Positions 18,951-28,768 of a stretch of 64,000 nt of DNA are shown here, piece by piece. Position 1 is the stretch's first letter. Every line of letters begins with the position of its first letter. The position numbers were made by a program, and so were the translations under genes. Below the pieces are notes generated by a model. It was given only the letters and a program-made list of their open reading frames with translations, was not told the origin of the DNA and searched no databases. The stretch covers positions 15,444 through 79,443 of the forward strand of contig JBDRKW010000006.1 of assembly GCA_043813585.1 (NCBI GenBank). Reading direction: 5' to 3'. This DNA is from Candidatus Kerfeldbacteria bacterium. Its GTDB lineage: Bacteria; Patescibacteriota; Patescibacteriia; UBA9570; XYC2-FULL-38-9.

Positions 18951-19382
18951 TTACACGCCTAATTCGCCTAACGCTTCGGCAATTTCGTTGCTGTCATCTT
19001 CTGTCTCGGTCTTGTACTTAGTCCACGCAGCATCATCCCAGATTTCCAAACGGTCATATAAGCCGGCCACAACGACCTTTTTCTTGATGCCTGCATAGTC
19101 GGTAAGGTATTTCGGCAACACAACGCGTCCCTGCCTGTCCGGCACCACGTCCATCGCGCCTGCCAGCATCAACCGTGCAAACGCACGAGACTTGCTCTGT
19201 GAAATCGGAAGTTTGGTCAGTTTTTCCGCTAACTTCTCCCATTCTTCCTTTGGGTAAAGGAATAAACAATGGTCCAGACCGCGCGTGACAACAGCGCCCT
19301 TTGAAAGGTCAGCACGAAACTTCACCGGCACTGCCACCCGGCTTTTATCATCGACGCTATGTTGATACTCACCAATAAACAT
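18951..19382 (-). CDS. mraZ: Division/cell wall cluster transcriptional repressor
   Basis: MFIGEYQHSVDDKSRVAVP, DRQGRV, EIW motifs. Confidence 0.97.
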   Translation of the reverse strand: MFIGEYQHSVDDKSRVAVPVKFRADLSKGAVVTRGLDHCLFLYPKEEWEKLAEKLTKLPISQSKSRAFARLMLAGAMDVVPDRQGRVVLPKYLTDYAGIKKKVVVAGLYDRLEIWDDAAWTKYKTETEDDSNEIAEALGELGV

Positions 19383-19433
19383 GCGGAATTCCCATTAGTT
19401 AGAAGGAGTTATCCACTTTAAGGGGATCTTTTC

Positions 19434-19496
19434 CCCACTTTTATCCACATACTTCCCCTTTCAACCCATTATACACCACATTGTGTATTAACTCAA
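19434..19496 (-). promoter_or_regulatory. mraZ promoter with MraZ operator repeats
   Basis: TTGAGT, 17 nt, TATAAT (19496-19468) overlapped by GTGG/TGGG/GGGG boxes at ~10-nt period (19435, 19445, 19455, 19465, 19476). Confidence 0.8.
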
Positions 19497-19570
19497 CCAC
19501 TTCACAACCCTGTGTATAATAAAAGAACATGGCTACTGCGCCATGTTTCCCCTTCTAATGCAAACTGAGG

Positions 19571-21247
19571 CTATTTCTTGAGGTATTTCTTTAAAACCGG
19601 CAAAGAAATGTAAAAAGAGGTGCCTTTCCCAACTTCGGATTCAAACCATAACTGGCCGCGATGCCGGCCAATGACATTTTTCACGATATACAGCCCCAAG
19701 CCCGACCCGGCCGTCTCTTTTTCTTTTGCATTCTGACCGCGGAAGAACTTCGTAAAGATCTTCTGCTGATCCTCTTTGGGAATGCCGATGCCCTGGTCTT
19801 CGACCGTAATGAAAAATCGGTTATTCTTAACTGACGCTGTCACCGTAACAGTGGAATCGCGCGGCGAATACTTTACGGCGTTATCCACCAAATTCTGCAT
19901 TGCGGTACGTATTTTCTGCTTATCCGCGTCAACCGGCGGCAATTCATCATCCGTTTTGTTATAGACCACGGTCACGCCTTTATGCTCCGCATCAATCTGC
20001 GTCCCTTTGACGATTGTCTCCATCACCTCGTCAATATTGACTTCGGCAAACTCGTACGGGAAGCGGCCTTCCTCGATTTCGGAGATATCCAATAGGTTAT
20101 TCACAATCTCAATTATCTCGTTCGAACGGTCGAAGGCCTTGTCCAGGAGCGCTGCCTGTTTTTTTGTAATCCTGCCCGCGTCGCCTTCGCGCATCATCTT
20201 GAAAAACCATTTCAGGGCGGCAAGCGGCGTGCGCAGCTGGTGCGCTGCCACGGAAATGAAATCCGACTTGATCTCGTCAAGCTCTTTTTCGCGCGTGATG
20301 TCGCGCAGCACCTTGACCCAGCTCACGACTGAACCGTCTGCTGCATAAATCGGGATGGAATCAACCTGGATGATATTCTTGTTCTCCCCTTCTTCAATCT
20401 GCACTTCCTGTCCCAGCCGCTTGGATTCCGGCTGCTCGCGGATGACCTGGATCAGCCTGCTGAACGCTTTGGGAAAATCCTCGCGCCGCAGCTCCGGACC
20501 GAACACCTCGCCGTAAAAACGAAGAATGTCGCGCGCCGGCGGGTTCATGAGCAGCACACTCTTGTTGGCGTCCAGCATGATAATGCCGTCTTCAAGCGAA
20601 TTGAGGATGGATTGCACCTTATCACGCTCAATCACGATCTCCAGCTCGCGGTCATGAATAATGCGGTTCACAAACACGGAAAACATGGCTGTAAAGACCA
20701 GCATTAAATCCACGCTTATCGTATTGGCCAGAGTAATCGCCGCATTGCCGTGGAACCCGGGGTCATGGTAATAACGCGCAAAATGCGGAATGACGCCGTT
20801 GTACTCCAAAATAATCATCGCCGTGTACAGGAAAATCATAAACAGCGACAGCGAAATGATCTTCAGGTCAGAATAAAGAATCGTGGCAGAGAGCACCGGG
20901 AAGAAAAACAGCACTATCGCGACGCTTTCGATGCCGCCGGTAAAATAGATGATCAGGGTGAAAACCAACTGGTCGACAAACACCTGCAGGAAGCTTAAAA
21001 TCTCAAGGCGGCGCTCCGTCATCGTTCCAGACCATTTCAGCATGTACAGCGTGTACGCGGAATTTATAATCACCGGAATGACGATCATCGCCACCAGCAT
21101 CAGCAAAGAAAACGAAACAATGGTAACGCCTGCGATCTTGAGAATAACGCCAAGCAGCGCCAGGCCGAATATTAAAAACCAGCGGCCGATGATGATCCCC
21201 CACAGCGCGTGGATCCGTTTTGTTTTTCGTTCTTCCGGGGTTGGCAT
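19571..21247 (-). CDS. Membrane PAS sensor histidine kinase
   Basis: TM bundle, PAS region, AAHQLRTPL H-box, NLVDNAVKY, DQGIGIP, GSGLGL. Confidence 0.93.
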   Translation of the reverse strand: MPTPEERKTKRIHALWGIIIGRWFLIFGLALLGVILKIAGVTIVSFSLLMLVAMIVIPVIINSAYTLYMLKWSGTMTERRLEILSFLQVFVDQLVFTLIIYFTGGIESVAIVLFFFPVLSATILYSDLKIISLSLFMIFLYTAMIILEYNGVIPHFARYYHDPGFHGNAAITLANTISVDLMLVFTAMFSVFVNRIIHDRELEIVIERDKVQSILNSLEDGIIMLDANKSVLLMNPPARDILRFYGEVFGPELRREDFPKAFSRLIQVIREQPESKRLGQEVQIEEGENKNIIQVDSIPIYAADGSVVSWVKVLRDITREKELDEIKSDFISVAAHQLRTPLAALKWFFKMMREGDAGRITKKQAALLDKAFDRSNEIIEIVNNLLDISEIEEGRFPYEFAEVNIDEVMETIVKGTQIDAEHKGVTVVYNKTDDELPPVDADKQKIRTAMQNLVDNAVKYSPRDSTVTVTASVKNNRFFITVEDQGIGIPKEDQQKIFTKFFRGQNAKEKETAGSGLGLYIVKNVIGRHRGQLWFESEVGKGTSFYISLPVLKKYLKK

Positions 21248-21251
21248 GCGA

Positions 21252-21644
21252 TTAATTTATTGTCGGATCCTGCGCGTATTCCGGCGTGATTGCGGAAACA
21301 GAATTCTGCTGAAGTTCAGCATGGAGCTGCTGCACTGTCGGTGGTTCGGTAAAAGAGACAAGCGGAATGCCGGCACACCAGCTCATGGTGTTGGCAATAA
21401 CAGCGACCAGACGCGTTACCGTAAAACGTGGCGTTCCCTGGATGACTGCAATGCCCGCCAATGCTTCCGGGCGCAGATCTTCGTTCGCTAACGCATGATC
21501 AAGCGTTTGCAGCAGCAATTGCGTATCATTTGAATCAAACAGAACGGTTGCCAGCGGTTTTTCCTCCTGTCCCGATACAAGACGCAAATCCACATCATCG
21601 GAATCGGATGAGCTGTCCAGTATGAGAATCGGTTTGGTATCCAT
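21252..21644 (-). CDS. tsaB: Truncated TsaB-like protein
   Basis: ILILDSS, LL..LD..L, IAVIQGTP.FT..R, P.Y...P tail; only 130 aa. Confidence 0.6.
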   Translation of the reverse strand: MDTKPILILDSSSDSDDVDLRLVSGQEEKPLATVLFDSNDTQLLLQTLDHALANEDLRPEALAGIAVIQGTPRFTVTRLVAVIANTMSWCAGIPLVSFTEPPTVQQLHAELQQNSVSAITPEYAQDPTIN

Positions 21645-21699
21645 TCGTTGTTAATTATAACTGGAAAACCGGTTTATTTCAACCGCTTTCTATGCTACA

Positions 21700-22290
21700 A
21701 TGAATCGCATGAAAGTCAACAAAATCAAATCAACAATCCCAAATGCGCTAAGTGTCATCCGTTTCTTGTGCGGATGCAGCGTGATCGTTTTATATTTTAT
21801 TCCGCACCCGATCCTTGCGGTGCAGATCCTTGTTCTTTCCGGCATTGTCAGCGACAAGCTCGACGGAACGCTCGCCCGCTTCTGGAAAACCGAATCAGAA
21901 CTGGGCAAGAAGCTGGAATCGGTTATTGACCCGTTTTTTGTCACTGCTTCGCTGCTGTACGTTCTCATTTTCCTGGATTTTCCAGTCCTGGTTGCGATTA
22001 TTGCGGGTATCATGGCAGCTATTCCAAATGTCGGCCGCCTGTACATCAAGTTGCGCACGGGAGAATTTTTTTACGAAAAATCACAGATCACGCGGTATGG
22101 CGTGGGCCTGGCATTTATTCTTGCGGTATTGTACCTGTTCAGCGTCCCGTACCGCGACTGGGTGGCATGGGGGCTGCTGTTGTACGGCGTTGTCGCCACG
22201 GTCAACTACCTGAAGATGATGGCCGCATACATGAAAAAAAAGAAATCAACGCCGGCGGCCGAACATATAAAAAAGGACAAAGAGGAATAA
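21700..22290 (+). CDS. CDP-alcohol phosphatidyltransferase family protein
   Basis: PNALS..R and SDKLDGTLAR....SELGKKLE..ID motif. Confidence 0.88.
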   Translation: MNRMKVNKIKSTIPNALSVIRFLCGCSVIVLYFIPHPILAVQILVLSGIVSDKLDGTLARFWKTESELGKKLESVIDPFFVTASLLYVLIFLDFPVLVAIIAGIMAAIPNVGRLYIKLRTGEFFYEKSQITRYGVGLAFILAVLYLFSVPYRDWVAWGLLLYGVVATVNYLKMMAAYMKKKKSTPAAEHIKKDKEE

Positions 22291-22770
22291 TATTGTCGCA
22301 ATCGACAGGAGGATTAACGTAACGATTTCAACCGTTCCCGTGAAATCGGCTATATCTTGCTGTCCAAAACTCGATTCCCCGATCGCGGCAAAGGTGTATA
22401 TGTCAGTGTCCGGGTTGCCGTTTTTATCCGTAAACGTCAGGTGCATCTCGTGCTCGCCCGCTTCGTCGACGCGGAACGTCAGGTTTATCTCGCCGTCTTC
22501 ATTTGAGGTGATGGTTTCAATATCAAGCTTGTCTGCGCTTGATGTTTTTATCAGTATTGAACCGGTAGCGCCCGCTACAGATTCTTTTGTAGCCAAATCG
22601 GTGACTGCGCAGCTGATCTCCTGCGGCATGCCGGCCACCGCTTCTTCCTCGCTAAAAGTACACGCAACAACATAGTCAGCAATCGTCTGCCGGCTGGTTT
22701 TTTCCTTTGCTGCTGTCGCCAACGGCAGCAGGATAAATAGGAATGCGGCAATTAGGACCGTTCTTCGCAT
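22246..22770 (-). CDS. Hypothetical exported Ig-like protein with C-terminal membrane anchor
   Basis: Signal peptide, beta-rich core, C-terminal TM followed by RRR. Confidence 0.7.
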   Translation of the reverse strand: MRRTVLIAAFLFILLPLATAAKEKTSRQTIADYVVACTFSEEEAVAGMPQEISCAVTDLATKESVAGATGSILIKTSSADKLDIETITSNEDGEINLTFRVDEAGEHEMHLTFTDKNGNPDTDIYTFAAIGESSFGQQDIADFTGTVEIVTLILLSIATILFLFVLFYMFGRRR

Positions 22771-22779
22771 GCGCTTCGC

Positions 22780-24297
22780 TTACCGCAAGGATGTGAATAA
22801 TTTCAGGAGCGTACGCACGCCGAACCCGGAAGCGCCTTTTGGCGCGTACGGCAGCACCTGCTGCTCCACCCAGGCCGGGCCGGCAATATCAATATGCGCC
22901 CACGGCGTTTTTTCGACAAAATTCTTCAGGAATACCGCTCCCATAATCGTATCTGCCCACCGGACCGAACTGATATTGCGCAGGTCCGCAACGTCGCTCA
23001 TTGAAAACTGGGCATACTCTTCGACCAAAGGAAGTTCCCACGTCGGCTCCCCTGCCTCATCGCTTGCTGTCCGGACTGCTGCGACCAGCTTCCTGTCCAC
23101 CCCGACCACGGCCGCAACCTCCTGGCCCAGCGCGACAATGGCCGCGCCGGTCAGCGTTGCGATATCAATAAGGTAATCAGGTTTGATGGTGTCCTCTGCC
23201 CAACTCAGCGCGTCAGCGAGGATCAGCCGGCCTTCCGCGTCCGTATTGAGAATTTCGACGGTTTTACCGTTGTACGCTGTCACGACATCGCCCGGACGGG
23301 TCGCTTTGCCCGACGGCAGATTTTCTGTGGCGACAATAACCCCATGCACCTCAATATTCGGTTTGAGCGCCGCGAGCTGGCTGAATGCCCCGAGAACGGC
23401 TGCCCCGCCCGCCATATCCTGCTTCATCGCTTCCATGTACTGCGGCGGCTTGAGCGACAGGCCTCCGGAATCAAAGGTCACGCCTTTGCCGCACACCGCA
23501 ATCTTCTTAAGCTTCTTTTTTCCGCGCGGCTTGTACGTAAGGTGGATCAGGTACGGTTCTTCGTCCGAACCCGCTGCCACTGCAAGAAATGCGCCCATCT
23601 TGAGCTTCTTGATCTCCGCTTCATTATAAATCTTCACGCTCACGCCCGGCTGTTTGGCGATCTCCTCTGCTTTTGCAACCAGCGTTTTCGGTTTCATGTG
23701 CACTGCCGGCTCATTCACCAGGCCGCGCGCAATGATTGCGCCTTCCGCATACAGGGCGCCGGTTGTGATTCCTTTCGTAATGTTCCGGGCAGCTGCAGCA
23801 TCCTTTGCGAGCAATACAACCGACTCGAGTAGGGATTCAACATTTTTGCGCTCCTCTTTTCCTTTATATTTTGTGAACGAGTATGCAGCCAGCTCCAGTC
23901 CTTCCGTGCACGCTTGCGCGGCAACTGCCGGTTGCACCTTTGCGCTTGTCACGCCGTCAAACGAAACAGCAACAGTTTTCGCCCGCGAATTCTTTGCGGT
24001 CACAGCTGCAAGCCCTGCCATGCGGCGAATCGATTCTGCAGTGATTGTTTTCTTTTCACCAACACCAACAACCAATACCTTCCTCGCAGGGATGCGGCCA
24101 TGGGTATGAATCAATACTGTTTTACCGGGCTTCGCTTCGAATTCTTCTTCAGTAATAACATTGCCGACAACACCGTCCAAAGCTTGATCAATGGCTTTCA
24201 ATGTTGCTGAAAACGTTTTTGCCCCTTCTAATGCCGGCACGACAAGCAGGTCGCATTCCACCGTTTCCGGCGCCTGTTTTTTTGCGATGATATTCAT
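22780..24297 (-). CDS. pepA: Leucyl aminopeptidase (M17)
   Basis: GKGVTFDSGG, KQDMAGG, NTDAEGRL, ATLTGA, HIDIAG. Confidence 0.97.
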   Translation of the reverse strand: MNIIAKKQAPETVECDLLVVPALEGAKTFSATLKAIDQALDGVVGNVITEEEFEAKPGKTVLIHTHGRIPARKVLVVGVGEKKTITAESIRRMAGLAAVTAKNSRAKTVAVSFDGVTSAKVQPAVAAQACTEGLELAAYSFTKYKGKEERKNVESLLESVVLLAKDAAAARNITKGITTGALYAEGAIIARGLVNEPAVHMKPKTLVAKAEEIAKQPGVSVKIYNEAEIKKLKMGAFLAVAAGSDEEPYLIHLTYKPRGKKKLKKIAVCGKGVTFDSGGLSLKPPQYMEAMKQDMAGGAAVLGAFSQLAALKPNIEVHGVIVATENLPSGKATRPGDVVTAYNGKTVEILNTDAEGRLILADALSWAEDTIKPDYLIDIATLTGAAIVALGQEVAAVVGVDRKLVAAVRTASDEAGEPTWELPLVEEYAQFSMSDVADLRNISSVRWADTIMGAVFLKNFVEKTPWAHIDIAGPAWVEQQVLPYAPKGASGFGVRTLLKLFTSLR

Positions 24298-24410
24298 GGT
24301 TTTCGGTTATTATTCAACTTCCATACCATACCATGGACGCTATTTTTGGCAACTAAAAAGCCCCGCAATTGCGAGGCGATGTTCTATGCGACTCATTTCT
24401 AATGGCCGGG

Positions 24411-26483
24411 CTATTGAGCACCGGCCCGTTCCGCCTCCTCGCTCCGGGCCTGAGAATAGTGTTCCTCCGCCTTTGCGCGCCGCTTCGCAATATACTCAAT
24501 GACTGCATACCGATTATCGATCATTCGTTGAGACGTCACATGTTCCCGCATTACCGGATCGTCAATTTTTCCCAGGGCATCTTTTATACGGGCTATCGTA
24601 TACCATCGCATATCATTTTTCGGCGGTTCAGGGTTCTTGGCCCCGCCTTCAACATAGTATCTCAATAACCGAACTAATGATCCCTTCTCATTCTCTTCAA
24701 TGACCGAAGTTGCGATATGGCCCAGGACCTCCATGCGGTCGCGGTCCTCATCTGATAGTTCACTTGCCTTCCGGACCAGCTGCTCGTACATGTCGTACAT
24801 CATCATGCCAACCGCATAGTAATCGCGCTGTTCAGCAAAATATTGCATCCACTTGGCTGACTCGGCCGGATTGGCCTCCAAACTGGTCGCCAACCGCTTC
24901 ATAAGAGATGCCGTATCTCCAGAAGTTTCAAAATTCGGGACATAATTTGGAGAGCCCTGGTAGATGCCTTCAATAGGAAGGGCGAATGTCACCGGTTCGC
25001 TTGATGGCTGCTTGCCTTCAGGCCGTTTCACCTTCGGCTCCCGAACGCCGCCGGCTACCCGCAATGTTTTATCTCCTCTCAAGAGAGCACTGCTATCAAG
25101 GCGGCTTTTTTGTTTTTCAATAAGCCGTGGAATAATCGCCGTGCCAAAATCTATGACTTTCAGCTTCCCGTCTTCCTCCCTGACAATCATGTTAGCGGGC
25201 TTTAGATCACGATGGTACACGCCGCGCTCATGCATGTATTGAACGGCGGAAACCAGCTGGCCGCTCAAATCAAATGCTTTTTCTATTGTCGGTTCTTTTT
25301 TGAAGGCCTTTATTAAATCCTTCCCTTCTACCAACTCCATCGTTAATGCAAGAGACCGCTCATCGCCTTCGGTGTAATATATTGCATCCCGCAGCTCCGC
25401 GACGGGCGGTTCTTCAAACGCTTTACCGCGCTTTTCTGCTTCGCGTTTGGGTTTTCGCGTAAGAATATTCATCGCGGCAAGCTCCAAATCCTGGCTGCGG
25501 GAATAGACCGCCTCAACGCTTCCACGGTCAAGGCTTTCTGAACGCTTTGACGGTTTTGTAATTTTCATGAGCTCACGGCCGTGTTTTTCGCTGTTCACAA
25601 TTGATGCAATCCCATATCCGCCAAAACCAAACACATCATCAACCGTGTATTCGGCTCTTTTTGTGGAAAAGACATATTCCTCCACATCTGTCAGGGCTTC
25701 GGTATCGCTATTGTCGAACAGCCGCTTAATAATTTCAAATTCCTTTCCGCGGATAATATCTTCCCTCTCCTCGCCCATATCCAACTCGCCTTCCTCCGCT
25801 TCCTCGCCTTCCTCCAAATCGAGCTCCATTTCGTCTACATCCGCTTCTGCTTCATCCCGGACAGCCTCGTCATACCCGACAATAGCGTCAAGTTCTCCGT
25901 CCAATTTGCGCACCGCTTCCTCCGCAGGGCCTTCGACAGGCAATTCCTCAAGCGAGCGGCTCCATTTGAGCCGCACTTCCGCCAGGTCTTTCCCCCGTGC
26001 TAATCCGGTACGTTCAACAGCAGTATTGAGCAGCTCATTTAATTTTGGAACCAGTTGATCCTGAAGATACGCTTCATCTGCGCTCTCAACTTCGGTCCTG
26101 TACCCAGGAATCAATTCAGCCATCTCGCTCAATGTCCGCAGCTCTGTTTCCCGTCCACGCACGGTATCCGCCAAACGCGCAAAAGACTCTTTCATGCGCT
26201 GAAGCACGCCGCGGTCTTCCAGCCCATGGGTGACAATGTCCTCTTTTCGAAATCTTACCAGCGCTTGCAGCGAATCTAGCAAACGGTGTGCTCGCTCCCG
26301 CGTTTCAGCAGCTGCCTTTTCCGGCTGTTCAACGCGCGTCTCGTCTCCCTGATTTTCATCAAGGGCGCCTTTAAGAACAGCTAACTCAGCATCTGGTATC
26401 TGCTGAGGCCGAAGCTGTGCCGTCGGCTCCGGCACATTTGTCGGTACTACCCTTTTGGGTCCTTGTCCTTCCATTCGTGGCAT
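24411..26483 (-). CDS. Hanks-type Ser/Thr protein kinase with long helical/acidic N-terminus
   Basis: GFGGYG, LMK, MELVEG, HRDLKPAN, IDFG, GSPNY, DYYAVG. Confidence 0.85.
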   Translation of the reverse strand: MPRMEGQGPKRVVPTNVPEPTAQLRPQQIPDAELAVLKGALDENQGDETRVEQPEKAAAETRERAHRLLDSLQALVRFRKEDIVTHGLEDRGVLQRMKESFARLADTVRGRETELRTLSEMAELIPGYRTEVESADEAYLQDQLVPKLNELLNTAVERTGLARGKDLAEVRLKWSRSLEELPVEGPAEEAVRKLDGELDAIVGYDEAVRDEAEADVDEMELDLEEGEEAEEGELDMGEEREDIIRGKEFEIIKRLFDNSDTEALTDVEEYVFSTKRAEYTVDDVFGFGGYGIASIVNSEKHGRELMKITKPSKRSESLDRGSVEAVYSRSQDLELAAMNILTRKPKREAEKRGKAFEEPPVAELRDAIYYTEGDERSLALTMELVEGKDLIKAFKKEPTIEKAFDLSGQLVSAVQYMHERGVYHRDLKPANMIVREEDGKLKVIDFGTAIIPRLIEKQKSRLDSSALLRGDKTLRVAGGVREPKVKRPEGKQPSSEPVTFALPIEGIYQGSPNYVPNFETSGDTASLMKRLATSLEANPAESAKWMQYFAEQRDYYAVGMMMYDMYEQLVRKASELSDEDRDRMEVLGHIATSVIEENEKGSLVRLLRYYVEGGAKNPEPPKNDMRWYTIARIKDALGKIDDPVMREHVTSQRMIDNRYAVIEYIAKRRAKAEEHYSQARSEEAERAGAQ

Positions 26484-26503
26484 AGTGTTATTGTTCAAAT
26501 CAA

Positions 26504-26532
26504 ATTATACTCGAAAAAATGCGTTTTGTCAA
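26504..26532 (-). promoter_or_regulatory. Consensus sigma70 promoter of the kinase gene
   Basis: TTGACA (26532-26527), 17 nt, TATAAT (26509-26504). Confidence 0.8.
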
Positions 26533-26615
26533 CGTGACGCCCGTTCGCCTCCTTGTTTTTTTCGCCAATTTATGGCATTTATATAGTACATTCATAACGA
26601 TTTATCTTCCATTTA

Positions 26616-27344
26616 ATGGATACACAACTCGAAATCAAGAACCTGCACGTTTCTACGGACGGGCAGGAGATTTTACATGGCGTTAACCTCACCATTCCCA
26701 AAGGCGAGGTGCATGCCATCATGGGCCCGAACGGCTCGGGCAAATCCACGCTTGCCATGACATTGATGGGCCACCCGAAATACGAAGTTACAGACGGGAA
26801 AATCATATTCAAGAAGAAAAATATCACGTCGCTCCCGCCCGACAAACGTTCCAAACTGGGTTTGTTCGTCGCGTTCCAGTCGCCGCAGTCCGTTCCCGGC
26901 GTGAAAATCGCTTCGTTCCTGCGGCAGACATCCGGTGACGGCAAAAAAATGAGCGAATTCAAAAAAGAGATGGAAGCAGCCATGAAAACGCTGAACATGC
27001 GGCCGGAGTTTGCCGACCGCTACCTGAACGAAGGGTTTTCCGGAGGAGAAAAAAAGAAATCCGAGATCCTGCAGATGGCCATGCTCAACCCGGACATTGC
27101 GATTCTTGATGAAATTGATTCCGGGCTTGATGTTGATGCGTTGAAGGTTGTCTGCGAAGGCGTCAATACACTGAAGAAAAAAAACGGCATGGGCGTGCTG
27201 GTGATCACGCATTATCCGCGCATCCTGAAGTACCTGAAGCCTGACCATGTCCATATTTTGCTCGACGGCAACATCGCCACCTCCGGAGACCACGCGCTTG
27301 CCGATGAAATCGAAGACAAAGGATACGACTGGATAACCGCATAG
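26616..27344 (+). CDS. sufC: Fe-S cluster assembly ATPase
   Basis: GPNGSGKS, NEGFSGGEKK, LDEIDSGLD, ITHY. Confidence 0.97.
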   Translation: MDTQLEIKNLHVSTDGQEILHGVNLTIPKGEVHAIMGPNGSGKSTLAMTLMGHPKYEVTDGKIIFKKKNITSLPPDKRSKLGLFVAFQSPQSVPGVKIASFLRQTSGDGKKMSEFKKEMEAAMKTLNMRPEFADRYLNEGFSGGEKKKSEILQMAMLNPDIAILDEIDSGLDVDALKVVCEGVNTLKKKNGMGVLVITHYPRILKYLKPDHVHILLDGNIATSGDHALADEIEDKGYDWITA

Positions 27345-27347
27345 TGC

Positions 27348-28766
27348 ATGGCAGATAGTAACGGCCATATTTTCGAGGACCTGGACCGCGACGCGTTTGA
27401 GCATCGCGATAATGCCGACTATGCAAAAAAAGCGCAGCGCGGTTTAACCGAGGAGCTGGTGCGAACCATTTCCGCTGAAAAAAAAGAACCCAAGTGGATG
27501 CTGGACATCCGGCTTGAAGGCCTACGGCTGTTCAACGAAAAACCGCTGCCCGACTGGGGGCCGGACCTGTCCGCATTGAATTTTGATGAAATTATTTATT
27601 ACGCTACTCCGGATGAAATCGTTGAGAACAATGAATCATGGGACGACGTTCCAGGCGAAATAAAAGCGACGTTCGACAAGCTCGGCATTCCGGAAGCGGA
27701 AAAAAAGATGCTTGCCGGCGTCGGCGCGCAGTACGAGTCTGAAACCGTCTACCACCGGCTGAAGGAACAATGGGAAAAGAAGGGCGTCATTTTTGAAGAT
27801 ATGGATGATGCCGTGCAGAGCTATCCCAAGATCGTGCAGAAGCACTTTATGAACCGCTGCGTCCCCCCAAGCGACCACAAATTCGCGGCCCTGCATGCGG
27901 CCGTCTGGTCGGGCGGAAGCTTTTTGTATATTCCAAAGGGTGTGAAGATGGACCAGCCGCTCCAGGCCTACTTCCGCATGAACGCAAAAAACATGGGGCA
28001 GTTCGAACATACGATGATCATTATTGAAGACGGGGCGGAAGCCCATTACATCGAAGGCTGCTCCGCGCCAAAATACGGCGCCAACTCGCTGCACGCCGGC
28101 TGCGTGGAAATTTTCGTGAACAAAAATGCGCGGTTCCGCTACTCGTCCGTGGAAAATTGGAGCACCGATACGTATAACCTAAACACCAAGCGTGCAATCG
28201 TTGAAGAGAATGCGCATATTGAATGGGTAGGCGGCAACCTGGGCAGCGGCGTCACCATGCTCTACCCCGCTTCGGTATTGATCGGACGCGGTGCGCACGC
28301 CGACCACCTGGGTATTGCATTTGCCGGCAGCGGCCAGGTCCAGGATACCGGCGCAAAGGTTTACCACAGCGCGCCAAATACGGTTTCGAATATCGTCATG
28401 AAAAGTTTATCCAAGGATGGCGGCTCTTCTGTCTACCGCGGCCTGCTCCAGATTGCGCCGAACGCCGCGAACGCCGTCGCAAACGTCCGGTGCGATGCGT
28501 TAATCCTCGACGACCACTCGCATTCCGACACCATTCCCGTCATGAACGTGAATACCAACTCCGCGTCAGTCACGCACGAAGCTTCAGCCGGGAAAATATC
28601 CGATGACGATATCTTTTACCTGCAAAGCCGCGGACTTTCTGAACAGGATGCCGTTTCCATGATTGTGAACGGCTTTATCGAACCGGTCATTAAAGAACTG
28701 CCGCTCGAATACGCGGTGGAAATGAACCGGCTTATTGAACTGGAAATGGAAGGAGCAGTGGGATAA
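27348..28766 (+). CDS. sufB: Fe-S cluster assembly protein
   Basis: GQFEHT, YIEGCSAP, LHAG.VE, CDAL, HEAS.GKI, FYLQSRG. Confidence 0.97.
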   Translation: MADSNGHIFEDLDRDAFEHRDNADYAKKAQRGLTEELVRTISAEKKEPKWMLDIRLEGLRLFNEKPLPDWGPDLSALNFDEIIYYATPDEIVENNESWDDVPGEIKATFDKLGIPEAEKKMLAGVGAQYESETVYHRLKEQWEKKGVIFEDMDDAVQSYPKIVQKHFMNRCVPPSDHKFAALHAAVWSGGSFLYIPKGVKMDQPLQAYFRMNAKNMGQFEHTMIIIEDGAEAHYIEGCSAPKYGANSLHAGCVEIFVNKNARFRYSSVENWSTDTYNLNTKRAIVEENAHIEWVGGNLGSGVTMLYPASVLIGRGAHADHLGIAFAGSGQVQDTGAKVYHSAPNTVSNIVMKSLSKDGGSSVYRGLLQIAPNAANAVANVRCDALILDDHSHSDTIPVMNVNTNSASVTHEASAGKISDDDIFYLQSRGLSEQDAVSMIVNGFIEPVIKELPLEYAVEMNRLIELEMEGAVG

Positions 28767-28768
28767 CT

